DNA of 64,000 nucleotides from Phyllosticta citribraziliensis (taxonomy: Eukaryota), in assembly GCF_038025025.1 (NCBI RefSeq), contig NW_027117342.1, positions 62,001 to 126,000 on the forward strand, written 5' to 3'. The position numbers and the translations under genes were made by a program. The notes beneath the pieces are model-generated. The model ran no database searches and was not told the origin of the DNA. It saw only the letters and a list, made by a program, of their open reading frames with translations. How positions within the stretch are numbered: position 1 is the first letter of the stretch; the number at the start of each line of letters is the position of its first letter. This document shows, one piece after another, positions 36,652-49,653 of this stretch.

Positions 36652-38937
36652 ATTGCTCAACAAGTCTTGGTTTCTTGAGAATTGTCGCGACGAGAATGGG
36701 TGCGCCGACGAGGATGAGAGGACGATGAGACAGCGACCGAGGGTGCGAGGGGAGGCGGCGGGTATTTATACCTACCCATCCAGTGCCGGCGGCGGAGACG
36801 GGACGGAACGACTCACCCGCCGGGCGGGTCCGGTCGGGCCGGGTGCCGTGGCTGCTCCGCCGGCGGCAGACTCTACCAGGTAGCTCCCCGCCTCCCGTCT
36901 AGTACACCTCTCTCGTCGTCTTTGCCCCGTCAACACCCGCCCGCTTTGCATCGTCCGTCCGTCCGTCCGTCCGTCTGTCCGTCCTTCACTCGCTCAACTT
37001 TCATTCACTGACACGAAGAAATCCCAGCCAGGATCACGGCAGCGACAACCTCGCAAACCACCAAAAGTACGCTCGCTGCTCATCTACTCCTTCGAGGCTC
37101 CGAGACACGTCCGCAGGGGAGCCAAAGTCCGCCAGGCGCCCGTCGACCGCATCTTCAAAGTCGATCGCGCGAGAATCGCCATCTCCCCGCATACTCAGCC
37201 ACGGCAGAACTCTTGTGGCGCCATGCGGTTGCTGGATCCAAGGGTCGGAATTCAAATTGTGCCTGCAACCACCCACCTCCTACCGGTAGGACACTGCCCC
37301 CGATTTGTCCATGCTGGAAACCATTTGAATGCAATGGAGAAGGTTAGAGGTAAGCAAATTGCTTGCAAGCGCAATACTCTTACTAACAGACCAAGCTAGA
37401 GGAATTCAGCTACCAAGCGCGAGGATTTCCAGTGCAACACAACCCTCCCTCGTTTATTGTGGCGCGCCGCCAGTGATCAAGCTTTGCTCATTGCTCCAAC
37501 AAAGCTGAATAACGTTACTCGAGCGTCCTCAGCCTCGATGCCAGCACCAATGACACTAAGGAGAACGGCCACCTGACCACCTCAGTGCTCAATCAAGCCG
37601 ACGTCGCCTGTCTCTTCTTCAGTCTTCACCTTGACCTATCCAGCTCGCTGCAACACACGTCAGCCACCATTCACAGTCGCTCGCTGTGGTCCTGCGGTAT
37701 CCACCACACACACCTTTGAACCTCCTCGCGGACATCTCCATCATCACAACACCTTCGGCCCATCAAGAGTGCAACATTCACAACAACACAAATACATCGG
37801 TTATGCACTTGCGCGCCCCAGCCTCCCGGCGCAGACCAAAGCGCCTCGTTGCGGTTGCTGATCTTGTGACGTCGCGTCTGGAAATGGCCCTGGTTTGTCG
37901 AGTGGAAGAAGACTGGGAAACGGCGCAGGCAGGAGATTCGGATTGAAGGGCTTGGAAGGCGGCGGCGGCGGAAAAGCAGGACGAAGTCGTGGATTGATGG
38001 TCTTGACGGGTTGCGCTGAGCGAGTGGATCTCGTGGAGCTATCTGTGGCATACATAGGCGCGCTTTGCATGAATCCATCAGACTCTTCCAGCTCATCGGG
38101 CCACCAGCTGAACGCCGGTGTCGCCATGCGCAAGCCCAGTGAGGGTAGGTGCCGGCAGGAAGTTGTTCGCCGCGGCCAAGACCGTCGAGCGCGTCGATGA
38201 GAAGTGTCCTTTTTGGCTTCGCTCTCCGCCAGCTTCTCCGGCGTCACCCACCCACTCGTCGACGAACCTGGCCGGCACTTTCGCAGATGCGCCGCTTGAC
38301 TGATGTCGCGGAAGAGTGTAAAGCGTGCGTGGAGAAGGGCGATGGAACGAGCGCGGCAGCCCCCCGGTTTATGATCGGTGTCGGCTTGTCGATGGCTGGC
38401 TGGCGGCGATTGCGGCGGCTCTTGTTCCCCAGCCTTCGTTGGCAACTCGCTTTCCGGCTTGGGCGACGCGGCCTTCCTTGGGCAAACGGTCTACGCATGG
38501 CTGAGCTGACGTCTTCGCCCTCCGGCAGGCCCGCAGCTCCGTGTCCGGCAGCGTGTCGCCAATCATCTCCACCAAAAAGAGTTGCGAGGGACAGGGAGCG
38601 ACTGGAGACTTTGACGGCAATGAGGAGGGCATCGGTAGGTGTGGTAGAGGAGGTAGATGAGTAGGCAGGGGCAGCGGTCGAGGATGAGCAAAGCTGCTCG
38701 AGGGAAATTGCAACATGGCCTCGCGCTCCAAACGTTCCTTCATGTCGGCGGTGGGCACTTGGCAGTCTCGAGCGTCGGGAGGCCGTCAAAGTGCGGGCAA
38801 GACCGCGTGTCACTGGAAACAGAGCTGCAATTCACTCACAGGGCATCCCCAACATGAAGATCAATATCGATTAGCTAGGCACCCGATTTCTTAGCTACAC
38901 CTTTGGATTAATATTGATCAGGCAGGCACCTGATTTC

Positions 38938-40929
38938 TTAGCTAGACTGGACCTTCGACTTGATGATGTCGCATCTATCCTGAGCGAGCTTGCGGGCGGA
39001 AGCAAGTCCTGGCCGCAACGTCTGGAGCATTTGAATCCGCTGTTGTACAAACCCCACCTCACAGCGGGAGCGACGGATCCCCTGCGACAGCTCACGCTCC
39101 GCTTGGGTATTCTTCCTTGAGCAGAGCTTTATGCCCTTCAAAGCTGCGTGTTGCCGTTTCAAGTCGTTTTTTGCATCTTCGAGACGGCGCTGCGCCTGGT
39201 TGAACGCGTCCTTTGCGCGCACATGCAGCGAATTGACCACGTGCAGAGCGTCATTGGCGTCGTTGAAAGACCGCATCAAACGCGTCATGGCCTCAATCTT
39301 GGAATGCTGCTGTTTGCCCAGGCCATCTTCCTCTTCGTCTTGCTCACCACCTTGCAGACGTATTAGGACCTCACGCCAGAACTCCGTGTCCACGGTTGCT
39401 GGAAGGGACTCGCCGGCACCGAGATAGAGACTTATGACAGAAACGATGACACCGCAGTCGGTCAGATTGTTCTGGAGCGGACAAAATCGTTCTGACAATT
39501 GCTCGGGTGCGCAAGCACTCCACTGCTGTTGGTTGGCTAGGAAGCTTTTGACAAGTTCCGTGACTGCATTGTTTGATTTTCCGTCACCGAGAGGGTCCCA
39601 GTGTTCTGCACGAAGGCCGGCGGGGGTTTGAGTGCATCTCACTAATGTCCAGTGCCCATTTTGGCAAGCTGCGCCGATGATGGTGTTGCTTTCATCATCT
39701 GGGCAATCGAGGTACTCGAGATTGGTTGGGCGCGTCAAGTTGGTCGAGTCAAAGTACTTCCATCCAGGTCTCACTGAGGAGGCGGCTTGGACGAAAAAGT
39801 TGACGCTCTCGTCGCAGAGCTTCTCGTTGTTGGCCAAACGGTGGAAAGCTTCGTCGGATAAGACGCCCGTTCTGGAGTTTCCACTGCGTTCTTCCTTTAA
39901 GCCAGTTTCGTCCGCTTCATCTTCAGCGGTGGAGAGCTGGGATGTGTCTGAACGTGATTGCATCCAAGTTGATGGGACAGCAGGTTGCGACTCGGGAGAT
40001 TCTTCAATGATGCTCTCCAGTCCGCCATCGCCTGTGACAACCGAGTCCTTGGGAATTCGTCCTGTGCCGGTTGTGAGCGGTGTGGGCGGGGGGTTCTTGA
40101 AAGTCTTGGCCTTGCCTTTATGGTTGGAAAAGGGATTTTCGTCGCCAGTAAGTGGGAGTGTCTTCATGGCCCCGGCCTTATTCTTTCGCCTACTGTCCAT
40201 ATTGACGTTTCCAAAACCGCGCGAGGTTTGCTGCTCCATGGTTTGTTGATTCTCCATTGACCAAGTACCACGACCAAAGGATCGGCGTTTAACGGGCGGG
40301 GATAACTCTGGGTCTGAGCTAAAGGATCGACGTTTCACGGGCGCAGTTGCCTCTGGGTCTGAGAGTACTTCAGACATGTCAATGTCGTTTTCAGGCGGCG
40401 GATCCTCTAGAGGTGCTTCAGCACGGCGGGAGTTTTCGACTGGAGGTGAGGCCGGGCCCTCGTCCTCACTCAGCACACTCCACGCTCGGTCAGGCGGGTC
40501 CTCGACGGTGTCTCCAGTTCTCAAATCTTGCAAAACCTTGCGGGCGTCGCCCGGCGCCTGAATGCGCTCGCGACCGGCACCGCGCGGGTGGTGGGTGTCC
40601 TTGCGAATGGATCTCTGTTTAAACAGGCGGGCTTTGGTCTCGTCGAAGGACAACTTGTCGGCAATTTTGACCACGCACTGGAGAAAGTCCTTGGAATCGG
40701 GTTCGCCAAAAGTTTGTTGGATCGTGTCGAGGGGCACTTTCCAGGTATCTGCGAGTCGCTGCTTGTAATGGAGAATTACTTTTTTGTGTGGGTCAAGGGA
40801 TATTCCGTTGTCGCCCGTCTGGGTCGCGGAGTCGCTCTTGGACGACGTTTTCGCTCGGGTGGTGGTGTTGTTCGCTGTGTTCGAGCTGTTGGTGCGACTG
40901 TTGGTGCGGCGCTTGGACATCGCAGGCAT
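38938..40929 (-). CDS. Ulp1/SENP-like cysteine protease (peptidase C48), 663 aa, single exon, C-terminal coiled coil
   Basis: RLANNEKLCDESVNFF (W-L-x-D-E-x-I-N region), YFDS, His in NGHWTLV, Asp in HWDPL, Gln/Cys in PLQNNLTDCGV. Confidence 0.92.
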   Translation of the reverse strand: MPAMSKRRTNSRTNSSNTANNTTTRAKTSSKSDSATQTGDNGISLDPHKKVILHYKQRLADTWKVPLDTIQQTFGEPDSKDFLQCVVKIADKLSFDETKARLFKQRSIRKDTHHPRGAGRERIQAPGDARKVLQDLRTGDTVEDPPDRAWSVLSEDEGPASPPVENSRRAEAPLEDPPPENDIDMSEVLSDPEATAPVKRRSFSSDPELSPPVKRRSFGRGTWSMENQQTMEQQTSRGFGNVNMDSRRKNKAGAMKTLPLTGDENPFSNHKGKAKTFKNPPPTPLTTGTGRIPKDSVVTGDGGLESIIEESPESQPAVPSTWMQSRSDTSQLSTAEDEADETGLKEERSGNSRTGVLSDEAFHRLANNEKLCDESVNFFVQAASSVRPGWKYFDSTNLTRPTNLEYLDCPDDESNTIIGAACQNGHWTLVRCTQTPAGLRAEHWDPLGDGKSNNAVTELVKSFLANQQQWSACAPEQLSERFCPLQNNLTDCGVIVSVISLYLGAGESLPATVDTEFWREVLIRLQGGEQDEEEDGLGKQQHSKIEAMTRLMRSFNDANDALHVVNSLHVRAKDAFNQAQRRLEDAKNDLKRQHAALKGIKLCSRKNTQAERELSQGIRRSRCEVGFVQQRIQMLQTLRPGLASARKLAQDRCDIIKSKVQSS

Positions 40930-43560
40930 CGCTTATGGTGGCACGTATTCCAAGTGATTGCGAAACATGATGCTGGTTGGCTTCAGCCGTGGAGGTGGTA
41001 GTGGTGGTGGTGAGGTGGTGGTGAGGTGGAGGTGGTGGTGGTGGTGGCTGCAGTCGCGTCCACGGCAGTTGGTGTTGAGGCAGGCACCGGACGCCGGCGG
41101 CCCGGCGGCAGAGGCGTGCAGTCACGTGTCAGCGAGTCAGCTTGAGCGCTGACAAAGCATCCGTCGGGTTGCAGTGCCACCTCACCGCCACAACACCACA
41201 ACCACAACCACGATGCACAACACCCACGCGGCGACGCTATGGCGTTCTAGTGGCTCCGTATGGCCTGGGTGCTGTCAGATGGCGTCTTTCACCTTTTTTT
41301 GAAGTTGGTGGAGGAGCACACTCTATCAAACAACCCTGCCGTCACACCGCGTGTGAAATTCGAGGCAGCAAGTCGGTTCGCCAGCACGAGCGCGTCCTCT
41401 CCTTCTCTGTCTTCTTTTGCTGACTGTTTTCAAGGCCACCGCTGCAGCTCATCAATCGCCGACACCGGACATCGCCGCCGTGACCCATGGCCTCCTCTTT
41501 GCCCGTGCCGAATTCGCCGCTCTCAAAACCGACCACAAGTCTTCCGGCCACCTCGAAACCAGTTGACTCTGAAGAGCTTCAAGCAGGCGACATATTAACG
41601 AAGTGTAGGTACAGCTTCATGGCGACCGAGGTACATTGGGAGCCTGTAATACCAAAGACGCCGTGGACCGCGACACGTTGGCCTGCGCATCATCTACAGG
41701 AAGCCTGGGGGCTTCGGGCTTCCTGCGGGCCAAGGTTGCGGACATTTGCGGCATCAACCATGAGGGCGGTACCGGGTCCGTAAGTTGGAGTTGCAACTGA
41801 GTGGGAAGCGCAAAGAAGATGTACACTGTGACTTGATGCGCGCCAACGAAATGTCTTCCTTGCCCATGGCATCCCGCCGCTCTTGGTGGAGCCCTCGTTG
41901 GTATATTTTGTGGGCACACTCGCTCTGTCCTGCACTGCCCCATGGGTTCCTCGACGTCTCTGCGCGGTTTGATACCTCGGCACGTAGGTACGTACGCATG
42001 TTGTCTCTCACACCTCCCCGTTGACTCCGATTCAGAATTGCCGGCAAGATCACTCGTCGCTCTTGGTGTCCCTGCAAGGTGCATCCATGGGTGAGGGGGC
42101 GACAGGACTGATTCGGCGTTACGTCGAGTCCTGGTGTTTTGTGGCGGGCCTTCCGACGGGTCCTCATCCCATCTCACTCGGGCTCGCTATCGAGGGCAGA
42201 AGATGGGAAAGCAGATGGCCCAAATCAGTGCGTCCACCCGAGTGTTGACTCTTCCCACGTCTTGATACATGAAACCACTTGGTCGGCCGCCTTTTTGCTA
42301 CAGCAAGATCTTATCAAGCATTTGTTAAAATCATCAGGGTGTGAAAAGGACACAGGCCCCTCCCCCCAAACTCCTCGAGATCTTCCACCCCGTCTGGCTC
42401 ACCCATCGCCTGCAGACCCCGCCCTCAACAACGCACGCGACCTACCATCTGCCGAGTACTGCTACCATCTGTTCCAGCCAGGAGAGCATGCCAAGATGCA
42501 TGCCTTCCAAGGTTTGTGGCCGAAGCGATTGCACTTACGCATGTAGAAGTTGATTGCCGGGGAAAATTTAATATGATGGAGCTAGAGTGGTTTCATAATG
42601 GTATTTTGAAGTGTTCCTATTTGGAGTCATTCTTTGCCGCCGCCAGAAGTGGGCCGACGCGCATGACAGCGTAAACCCTTCTGCCGTCCCACAGCCAGCC
42701 AGCGCCCAAAGATAAAGAAGAAAACATGGCCAAGTATCCATCCCGTGCGTTGTAAGTACGCGCCGCTAGGAAGCGGATCGGCACTTTCTACAGTTCCTAC
42801 CCTCTTAAAAAGAGCTGGACGGCGAACAAGCCGAGCAGCCAACTGGAAAGAAAGACCACGCTGCTAAAGGAACCGAGCTTGCTGAGCCGCGGCCTGTTAG
42901 GCAATCCTCCTTATTTCCTAGGAAGCTTTCCTCTGTGGATGCTCGCAACCTGTACCGCAGATCCTGGCCTTGTTCCCATCCCCTGTGCATGGTTCTTGCC
43001 CGGTCCCTCGCGCCCACCAACACCGACCGAGTATCCCACAGGAAGCTGGCAACTTTGTGCTATCTCCATCTCGCATGGCGGAGTTTGGCTCGGAAGCAGG
43101 CTGCACCATTCCTTTCCTTCTCCTTCTTCCCTTTTGTACCTCTTGCACCCCGCATTTCACGCAAGTTCTGTCCGCCAAGGTGACGCAAGCTTCGGGAGAA
43201 GCTGTGTGGGCGGGCAGGTTGGAGTTGGAGCCTCGAAGATCGGTCTTGGTTGACGAGTTGTGCAGGTAGTGCCGGCGTTGGCTGCATACTTTTAATGGGG
43301 CATTGACGCAATCTGTCGCCCTGTTCTGGTCAGCCCAAGGCTTGGAGCGAGAGAAGCCATGTGTGCGGGTTCAGCTGAACATGACTCGCGCACGAGCAAG
43401 AGAGAATCGAAGGTGTAGGTGCAGGTCAGGCAGGCGGCGGGGTCGGGCGGCGGGGCTGCGTGATTGTCCGCCGGCGGGACGACCCGCCGGCGGGTTTCCT
43501 CTCTGCCTTCAGGTTTACCACCACCACCATCCAACCCTCACCATCATCGTCATCATCACC

Positions 43561-44729
43561 ATGTCTCGCTCGCGCCAGCGCCGCGCCGCCGAGCGCCACG
43601 TCGCCGCCGGCACCCCCGGTGCCCAAGCCCACCTCGTAAGACTGTTCTCCATCCCTCAATGTATCTCCCTCTAACACGTACGTGATGTGTAGGCCGCCCT
43701 CAACCAGCGGGAGGTTGCCCGCAACCAGCAACGGCGGGCGCGCTCCCAGCCCTAGTAGGTCATCAGACCATGTCGTATTCTACCACATCATTCTGACGGA
43801 GAACACCAGTGCTGCTGCTGCTGCTGCACCCCCTGCTGGTCCTCCTCCGGGCCCCAAGTAAGTCCACGTCGTTCTCCTATCTGTCCACGAGTAGTTGCTG
43901 ATTGAGATAGCCTCCCTCCGGCTCCCCCTGCTGGTCCTCCCCCGGCCGCCATGTAAGTTCACGTCCTCCTGTCTGTCCGCGAATAGTTGCTGATTGAGAT
44001 AGCCTCCCTCTGGCTCCCCCCGCCGGTCCTCCCCCGGCCGCCATGTAAGCTCAAATGCTCCTGTTTCCCCATCGATATAGGTGTTGATTGAGACAGTCAC
44101 CCGGCCTTAGCTCCCGAGGCTGCCGCCCTCCCGGCCGCCAAGTGAGTTCAATTTCTCCTGCCTGCCTGTTTCCCGTGGATAGGTGCTAACGATAGTAGCG
44201 TTGTCCCGCCCGCCGCCGCCGCCAACGACGACGACGACAAGTAAGCTGCAGTGCATTCTCCATCCACAAGTTAGATGCTGATGAAACTAGCGCGGTCCCG
44301 CCCGCCGGCGCCGACGACGACGATGACGCCATGGATGAGGAGGGCGAGGGCGAGGAGTAAGCTGCAGTGCATTCTCCATTCACAATTTAGATGCTGATGA
44401 GAACAGTGTTGTCCCGGGCGCCGCCCCCGCCGACGGCGACGAGGACATGGAGCTGGACGACGAGAAGTAAGCTGCAGTTCTTTCTCCATTCACAAGTCAG
44501 ATGCTGATGGAACTAGCGCGGTCCCGGGCGCCGCCGCCGCCGCCGCCGCTGTCGCCGACGAGGACGACGAGGAGGAGAAGGAAGACGACGAGGACGACGA
44601 CATGTAAGCTACAAGATCACTCTCCATTTGCGTATGGTATATACTAACGAGAATAGCGCTCCGGGCGCTCGCGCGCCCTTTTTCCATATGACGCTGCGCC
44701 CCCTGGCCCGCCGCAACTACAAGCTGTAG
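43561..44729 (+). CDS. 11-exon micro-exon gene, 213 aa: basic N-terminus, Pro/Ala repeats, acidic repeats, basic C-terminal motif
   Basis: Exons 43561-43635, 43693-43754, 43810-43857, 43911-43952, 44003-44044, 44097-44141, 44199-44240, 44291-44356, 44407-44466, 44517-44603, 44657-44729 total 642 nt and read ATG to TAG without a stop. All ten introns are GT-AG, 50-57 nt, with CT(A/G)A(C/T)-type branch sites; nine are phase 2. Confidence 0.88.
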
Positions 44730-45822
44730 TTGTTTTAAGAAATTTGTAAAAATAAAAATGGATTTCTCCCTCTCCTCTCCATCTCTGTCCGTCCGTCGAC
44801 TCTTCTCTCCGCATTGCATTTTCTCCCCCTGTGAAGTGGTAGACTGTCGACTTGCCGTTCGCTATTTGCCTCCCTTCCTCGCTCGTTTTATTGATCATTC
44901 ATAGGGAGGGGGGCATGCATGCGGTGTCGCGGCGAGCGGAGTGGCTGCTGTACGGGCAAGAAGATGGATGGTGCCGGAGACGCTGCACTCACTCACTCTC
45001 CATCGGCCCTGCACTCATTCGACAACAAGGAATTTTGCGAGGCGAGAATGCCTCCCGCAGAGAATTTTGACCGCGCACCTTCTCCCCCCAACGACCACGC
45101 TGCGGGCCACAAGCCGAGCGCGGACCCCGAGACGGCCGTGGATTTCCGGTCAAGACGCTGACGAGGAGGCACCCCCGCGAACAAACCCACCCGATGTCGT
45201 TGACCTATTCGCAGACACTCCCGAGGAGGACCTCAAGAAGGGCGGACCACGCTGTGGCGTAGCAGCTGGCTGGGCCACGATCAACCTTTAGTTCCCCAAC
45301 GCCGACGGCCGCCCTAGCTAGCTCCGCAAACCTAAACAAGGAACCTACCTGCTTGCCGCTCCCAACGTCCAGACGGACTCTCGAAATGGCTCGAGGTCGC
45401 GGTATACTGGGAGCCAGGGGCATGGGCGTGGGGCGTGGCATCAGCAGCGCAAACACAAACCGCGGCGGCGCAAACAGCGGCGGTGCAAGGAGCTCACTGG
45501 GAAAACTCAGGGGAAAATTCAACGCCAGGCGTGACGCAAACGCAAACGCCTCCGCAACGGGCAAGGGAAAGCTCAAGCGCCCGCGACTCGCCAGCTCGAA
45601 TTTTGCAGGTAGCGGCGCGGAGGATATTGGGTGGTGATGGTTGGTATATCCGGTTCACTTGCCGCCGGCGGCGGCTGACATGCGCAGAAACGAGAGCTTG
45701 GCCGGCCCTTTTACTGCTGTTTCGCTCTGGGCGTGCGTGTAGAGAGTAGGATTCCTCAGATTCTCAACTCACGCAAGCCCGGGCAAATTCCAAAAAGTGG
45801 CCAGTGAAGTTAATTTTTGATG

Positions 45823-46056
45823 AAGCTCGCTGCTGCTCCTCGACCCGATCCGTCCAACTACAACCCGGCGGCGGACAGACAGGGTTCGTGCTGAGGAGCC
45901 TGTAGTCCTCGTCATTATTCCGGTCCGGGAGCTTGCTGTCCAGATCTTTGATGAAGCTCTCCTTCTACTCAATACTTCGTCCTTGCGTCATCTGTGGCGG
46001 CGGTCCTACTCCTCATGACCAGTTGGCCGAACTGCGAAAGGGGTTGCGACATTTTA
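45823..46056 (+). pseudogene. Fragment of a Ded1/Dbp1-like DEAD-box RNA helicase (motif Ia to GG), several frameshifts
   Basis: KLAAAPRPDPSNYNPAADR/VRAEEPVVLVIIPVRELAVQIFDEA/YSILRPCVICGGGPTPHDQLAELRKG/CDIL; PTRELAxQI, GG and GCDIL are recognisable. Confidence 0.88.
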
Positions 46057-46329
46057 GGACCATTTGTCACCAAGTTCGCAAGCTTGTTAAGAGGGCTGAG
46101 TAAAATCCATACTTCATCAACTCAGTAAGCTAAACTGTGGCATGTATCCAGACAGCAAGAACAGGTTCCTCGCCCGAGGTTGTGTAATTTTTGACCACAC
46201 CAACGCTGACACAACTACACTCGTACACGCCCTGTCTAACACCAGGAGGGCTCCTTTACCACATCAAGTTCCTCAATCAATTGATTCTCCCAATTGTCCC
46301 CTCTGGCCAGCTGTATTCTCTGTTCTGGA

Positions 46330-46383
46330 GTTTCCGGTAGATGTTTCCGGTAGATGTTTCCGGTAGATGTTTCCGGTAGATGT
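46330..46383 (+). repeat. 13-bp tandem repeat x4 (GTTTCCGGTAGAT)
   Basis: Directly visible, perfect copies. Confidence 0.95.
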
Positions 46384-47024
46384 CCTCTCCCTTGGGTGGA
46401 TCAATTGCCCAAGGATCCACCTTTTCGTTGTGGCTGGAGATGGCCGCATTGAGGGAAAAGCTGGAGCAGTGCCTTTTGGGCGCAGGAGTGGTGTGTACGG
46501 AAGCGGTCTCGCGGTTGGCGTTGTTCCAGGGCGAGAAAGGAGGGAAAGGAGCGCATTGAGAGAAGGGAATTGTGTACCAGACGGAAGCGCTCTCGGTGTT
46601 GGTGTCGTTCCAGGGCGGGAAGGGGGGAAGGGAGCGTATCTAGAGACGGGCACTTCTACTGGTTCCGGTTACCCTCGTCTTTCTGCCTGCCGCCGCTGTT
46701 CGGCTTCCTGGTCGAGTTGTTGGCGGGCAAATTCCTCGTCTCCACTGCTGCCACCGCTACTAACTGGGCCCGGCTGTTCTCACTATTGGCGTTGTTGCAG
46801 GGCGGGAAAGGAGGGAAAGGAGCGAAGTCAGGGACAACCTGGCACCGCTGTTCGGCTTCCTGGTCGAGTTATTGTTGGCGGGCAAACTCCTCGTCTCCGC
46901 TGCTGCCGCCGCTGCTGACTGGGCCCAGGCTGTCGAAGAGTCTTCCACTGAAATGAAGGACGTGGTCTTGATCATGTGCTCCCGGCATGTTCAAGAGGGT
47001 GAGGAGAACAGCCCTGCTGTCGCA

Positions 47025-47303
47025 AAGCCCACCAGGCCGACCAATTTTTGACGGGGGGCCCTTGTGCGTGAACACGAAAAAGATGTGGGAATAGAACATG
47101 CCGGCCATGCATGCGCGTCGAGGCTGCGGGGGTCGACGTTTGAGAGGCGCGGACCGGGTGTCGTGAAGCCCGCCAGGCTGACCGATTTTCGACGGGGGAC
47201 CCTTGTGAGGGAACACGAAAAAGATGTGGGAATAGAACATGCCGACCATGCGGGCGCGTCGAGGCTGCGGGGGTCGACGTTGGAGAGGCGCGGGCCGGGC
47301 GTT
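47025..47303. repeat. 141-bp tandem duplication x2
   Basis: GAACACGAAAAAGATGTGGGAATAGAACATGCCG at 47070 and 47211. Confidence 0.95.
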
Positions 47304-48451
47304 GTTGAGGTGGCGTTATGCTGCTGTTCTTGCGGATTTTGGTGTTGCGGGAGCTGCTCTCTGCTCTCATAGGAGGGCACGCCGCGGAGTGTCTCGCCGG
47401 TGTAAGGATCACCTTCATCGGCAGGAGACGTGGTGGACGTTTGGGCGCGTGGTGTGGCCGTAGTGTTGGTGCTTTTGCCGACGCGATTGCTGCGGTTTGC
47501 TGGCTCGTCTGCCTTTCTCGCGCTCCGTGCCCTGGCGGTTCAGTGACGAGCGGCTGGTGCTCTGGCGCAGCAGTTTCGGGGCGCTGGGCTCTTCGCTCGT
47601 GTCCTCGAAGGTCTTCAAGGACGGGGAGACGAGTCTTCGCAAGCTGAACGGTTGGAAAGGAATACCCGTTGGCGGCGCGGATGACCACTTGAACCCCTTT
47701 CTGAGAGCGGTCACTAATTAGCGTCACAGGAGGGGGCTCAGATTGAGGTCGAGATGACTTACCAAGAAATCAGCCGTGAGACAGCTGGCCTTGTTGTGGC
47801 CCTTGTACAGCTCCCAGGTCGGCTCATCCTAGAGCCAGGCTTGTTCCACGAGTCCAGATACGACTTCACGCGCCACAGGCATCACCGTCTTCGAACTCGT
47901 AGTCGCGGCAGGCAGCGCTCTTCTTGGCCGCCTTCTTCGCTGTCGGGACCGTTGTCGTCTCTTCTTTTTCTGTGCTGGAGAAGACACGCTACAACGATCG
48001 ACTGTAAGGACGTGGTTGAGGGTGGGGTTTCCCTCTTCTGGTGGCGTGTTTCAAGAGCCTCGAGGAGATGAGCAGCGTGCATGGGCACGACTCGATCCGC
48101 TACGGGCCCTGTATGTCATCAGAAGCGTGCCCAAAGAAATTCGGCAGAAGGGAAAAGCGGGTTGCTGACATACCTAGAACTCATACGCTACGGCAAGCAA
48201 GCTAGAGGGCACCGGGTGAGTTGCAGAGGGAGAGAGAGAGGTGGAGAGAGAGGTAGGGAGGGAGGTGGAGTGAGAGAGGAAAGGTTGAGCCTAAAGGTAA
48301 ACACGGCGAGGATGGGCATCTTTGTAGGCAGTGGCAGGGAAACACGCCAGGCAGTCGGCAAGGTGAGGTCAAGAGGGAGCGAGAGGGAGAGAGAGAGTAA
48401 AAGTAGGAGGTGAGGAGGGCAGCGGCCCGGCGGCGCTTACATAACATCAAT

Positions 48452-48694
48452 TCTCGCCAGCGGGAATCATACTCGCCAGCGGGTGACTCAGCCGCTCGCT
48501 CATGTGACCGGCATACTCGCCGGCGAGTATGGCTTTCTGGCTCACGTGACCGGCATACTCGCCGGCGGGTATGGCCATACTCGCTAGCGGGTGACTCAGC
48601 CGCTCGCTCATGTGACCGGCATACTCGCCAGCGGGAATCATACTCGCCGGCGGGATTGGCTTTCCCGCTGGCGAGTATGATGCCTGCTAGCGGG
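48452..48694 (+). repeat. Locus D of the dispersed palindromic modular repeat
   Basis: Begins TCTCGCCAGCGGGAATCATACTCGCCAGCGGGTGACTCAGC like locus C; ends in a hairpin with a 19-bp stem (one mismatch). Confidence 0.97.
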
Positions 48695-49653
48695 TTACCC
48701 CATTTGGGTAGCAACAACTTACCTAGAGCACAAATGGTGTTTCTTGCCCTAGTCTCTTTCCTACCTCATCTTTTTTCTCTTCCCTTCAAACTCTCTCCTT
48801 ACCGTTCCAGGCACAAGAAACAGCACGTCTGGTGGCGGCGCACGCCATCGCAGAAATGGGCGGTTTTAGCTAGCAAGACCACTAACGCGCAGCAGGAGAG
48901 GGAACTAGAATTGAGGGACGCGACCTCATATATAGAACACCTGTGTTATGAGTGCGCATTTAACATGTCTACAGCCGGGAGATGGATATCTGAGTGCCTG
49001 TAGAAACATGATATGAGCATCTTGTCCCGCACTAACCCCACCCAATCTGCACCACGCTCTCTAGCCAAGCACGTCTCACACAAGGCCCATCAAAGGCACC
49101 CACTACGGGCTTTATGGCGGAGGAGAACTGAAGCCGGAGAGTCCAGAAAGGGCGGTAAGAGCAGCATGAGGGCAGAACTTTACTCGTATTCTACACGTCG
49201 TCAGCGGATGTGCGACCGAATCCGCGTGACCCACTTGGTGGAGCGCGAAGGCGGGTTTTTAGTATCAAACTGCTTGATGTCGTTAGCTGGTGGGTCACTC
49301 ATGGACAAAGGGCGGAAAGTGGACAATGCGACAACAAGATGCCGTCCATGTGGGCGTTCGAGGGGGACGCCTGGGCTGGGTTCCCGTCGGGCCCGTCCTC
49401 CCTTGCCGCATTCTCTCGTCCACAGCTGCAACACCACGACGACGCCAACGAGACAACGACCGCACTCTACAATTCTCGCCACACCTGGACCAGTCGAGAG
49501 AGGCAATGGCAAGCCTCGTCGTCCTTCGTTGTTGCTGGCGATGCCCCAGAAGCCGCCGCCTCGAGCTCAGCCGCTTGCCGTCGAGTGTTGTGACTTGGCG
49601 AGTACGCTCGGTCAACTGACTTTGGAGGAGGGTGGAGCGAAGGAATGGAGAGA

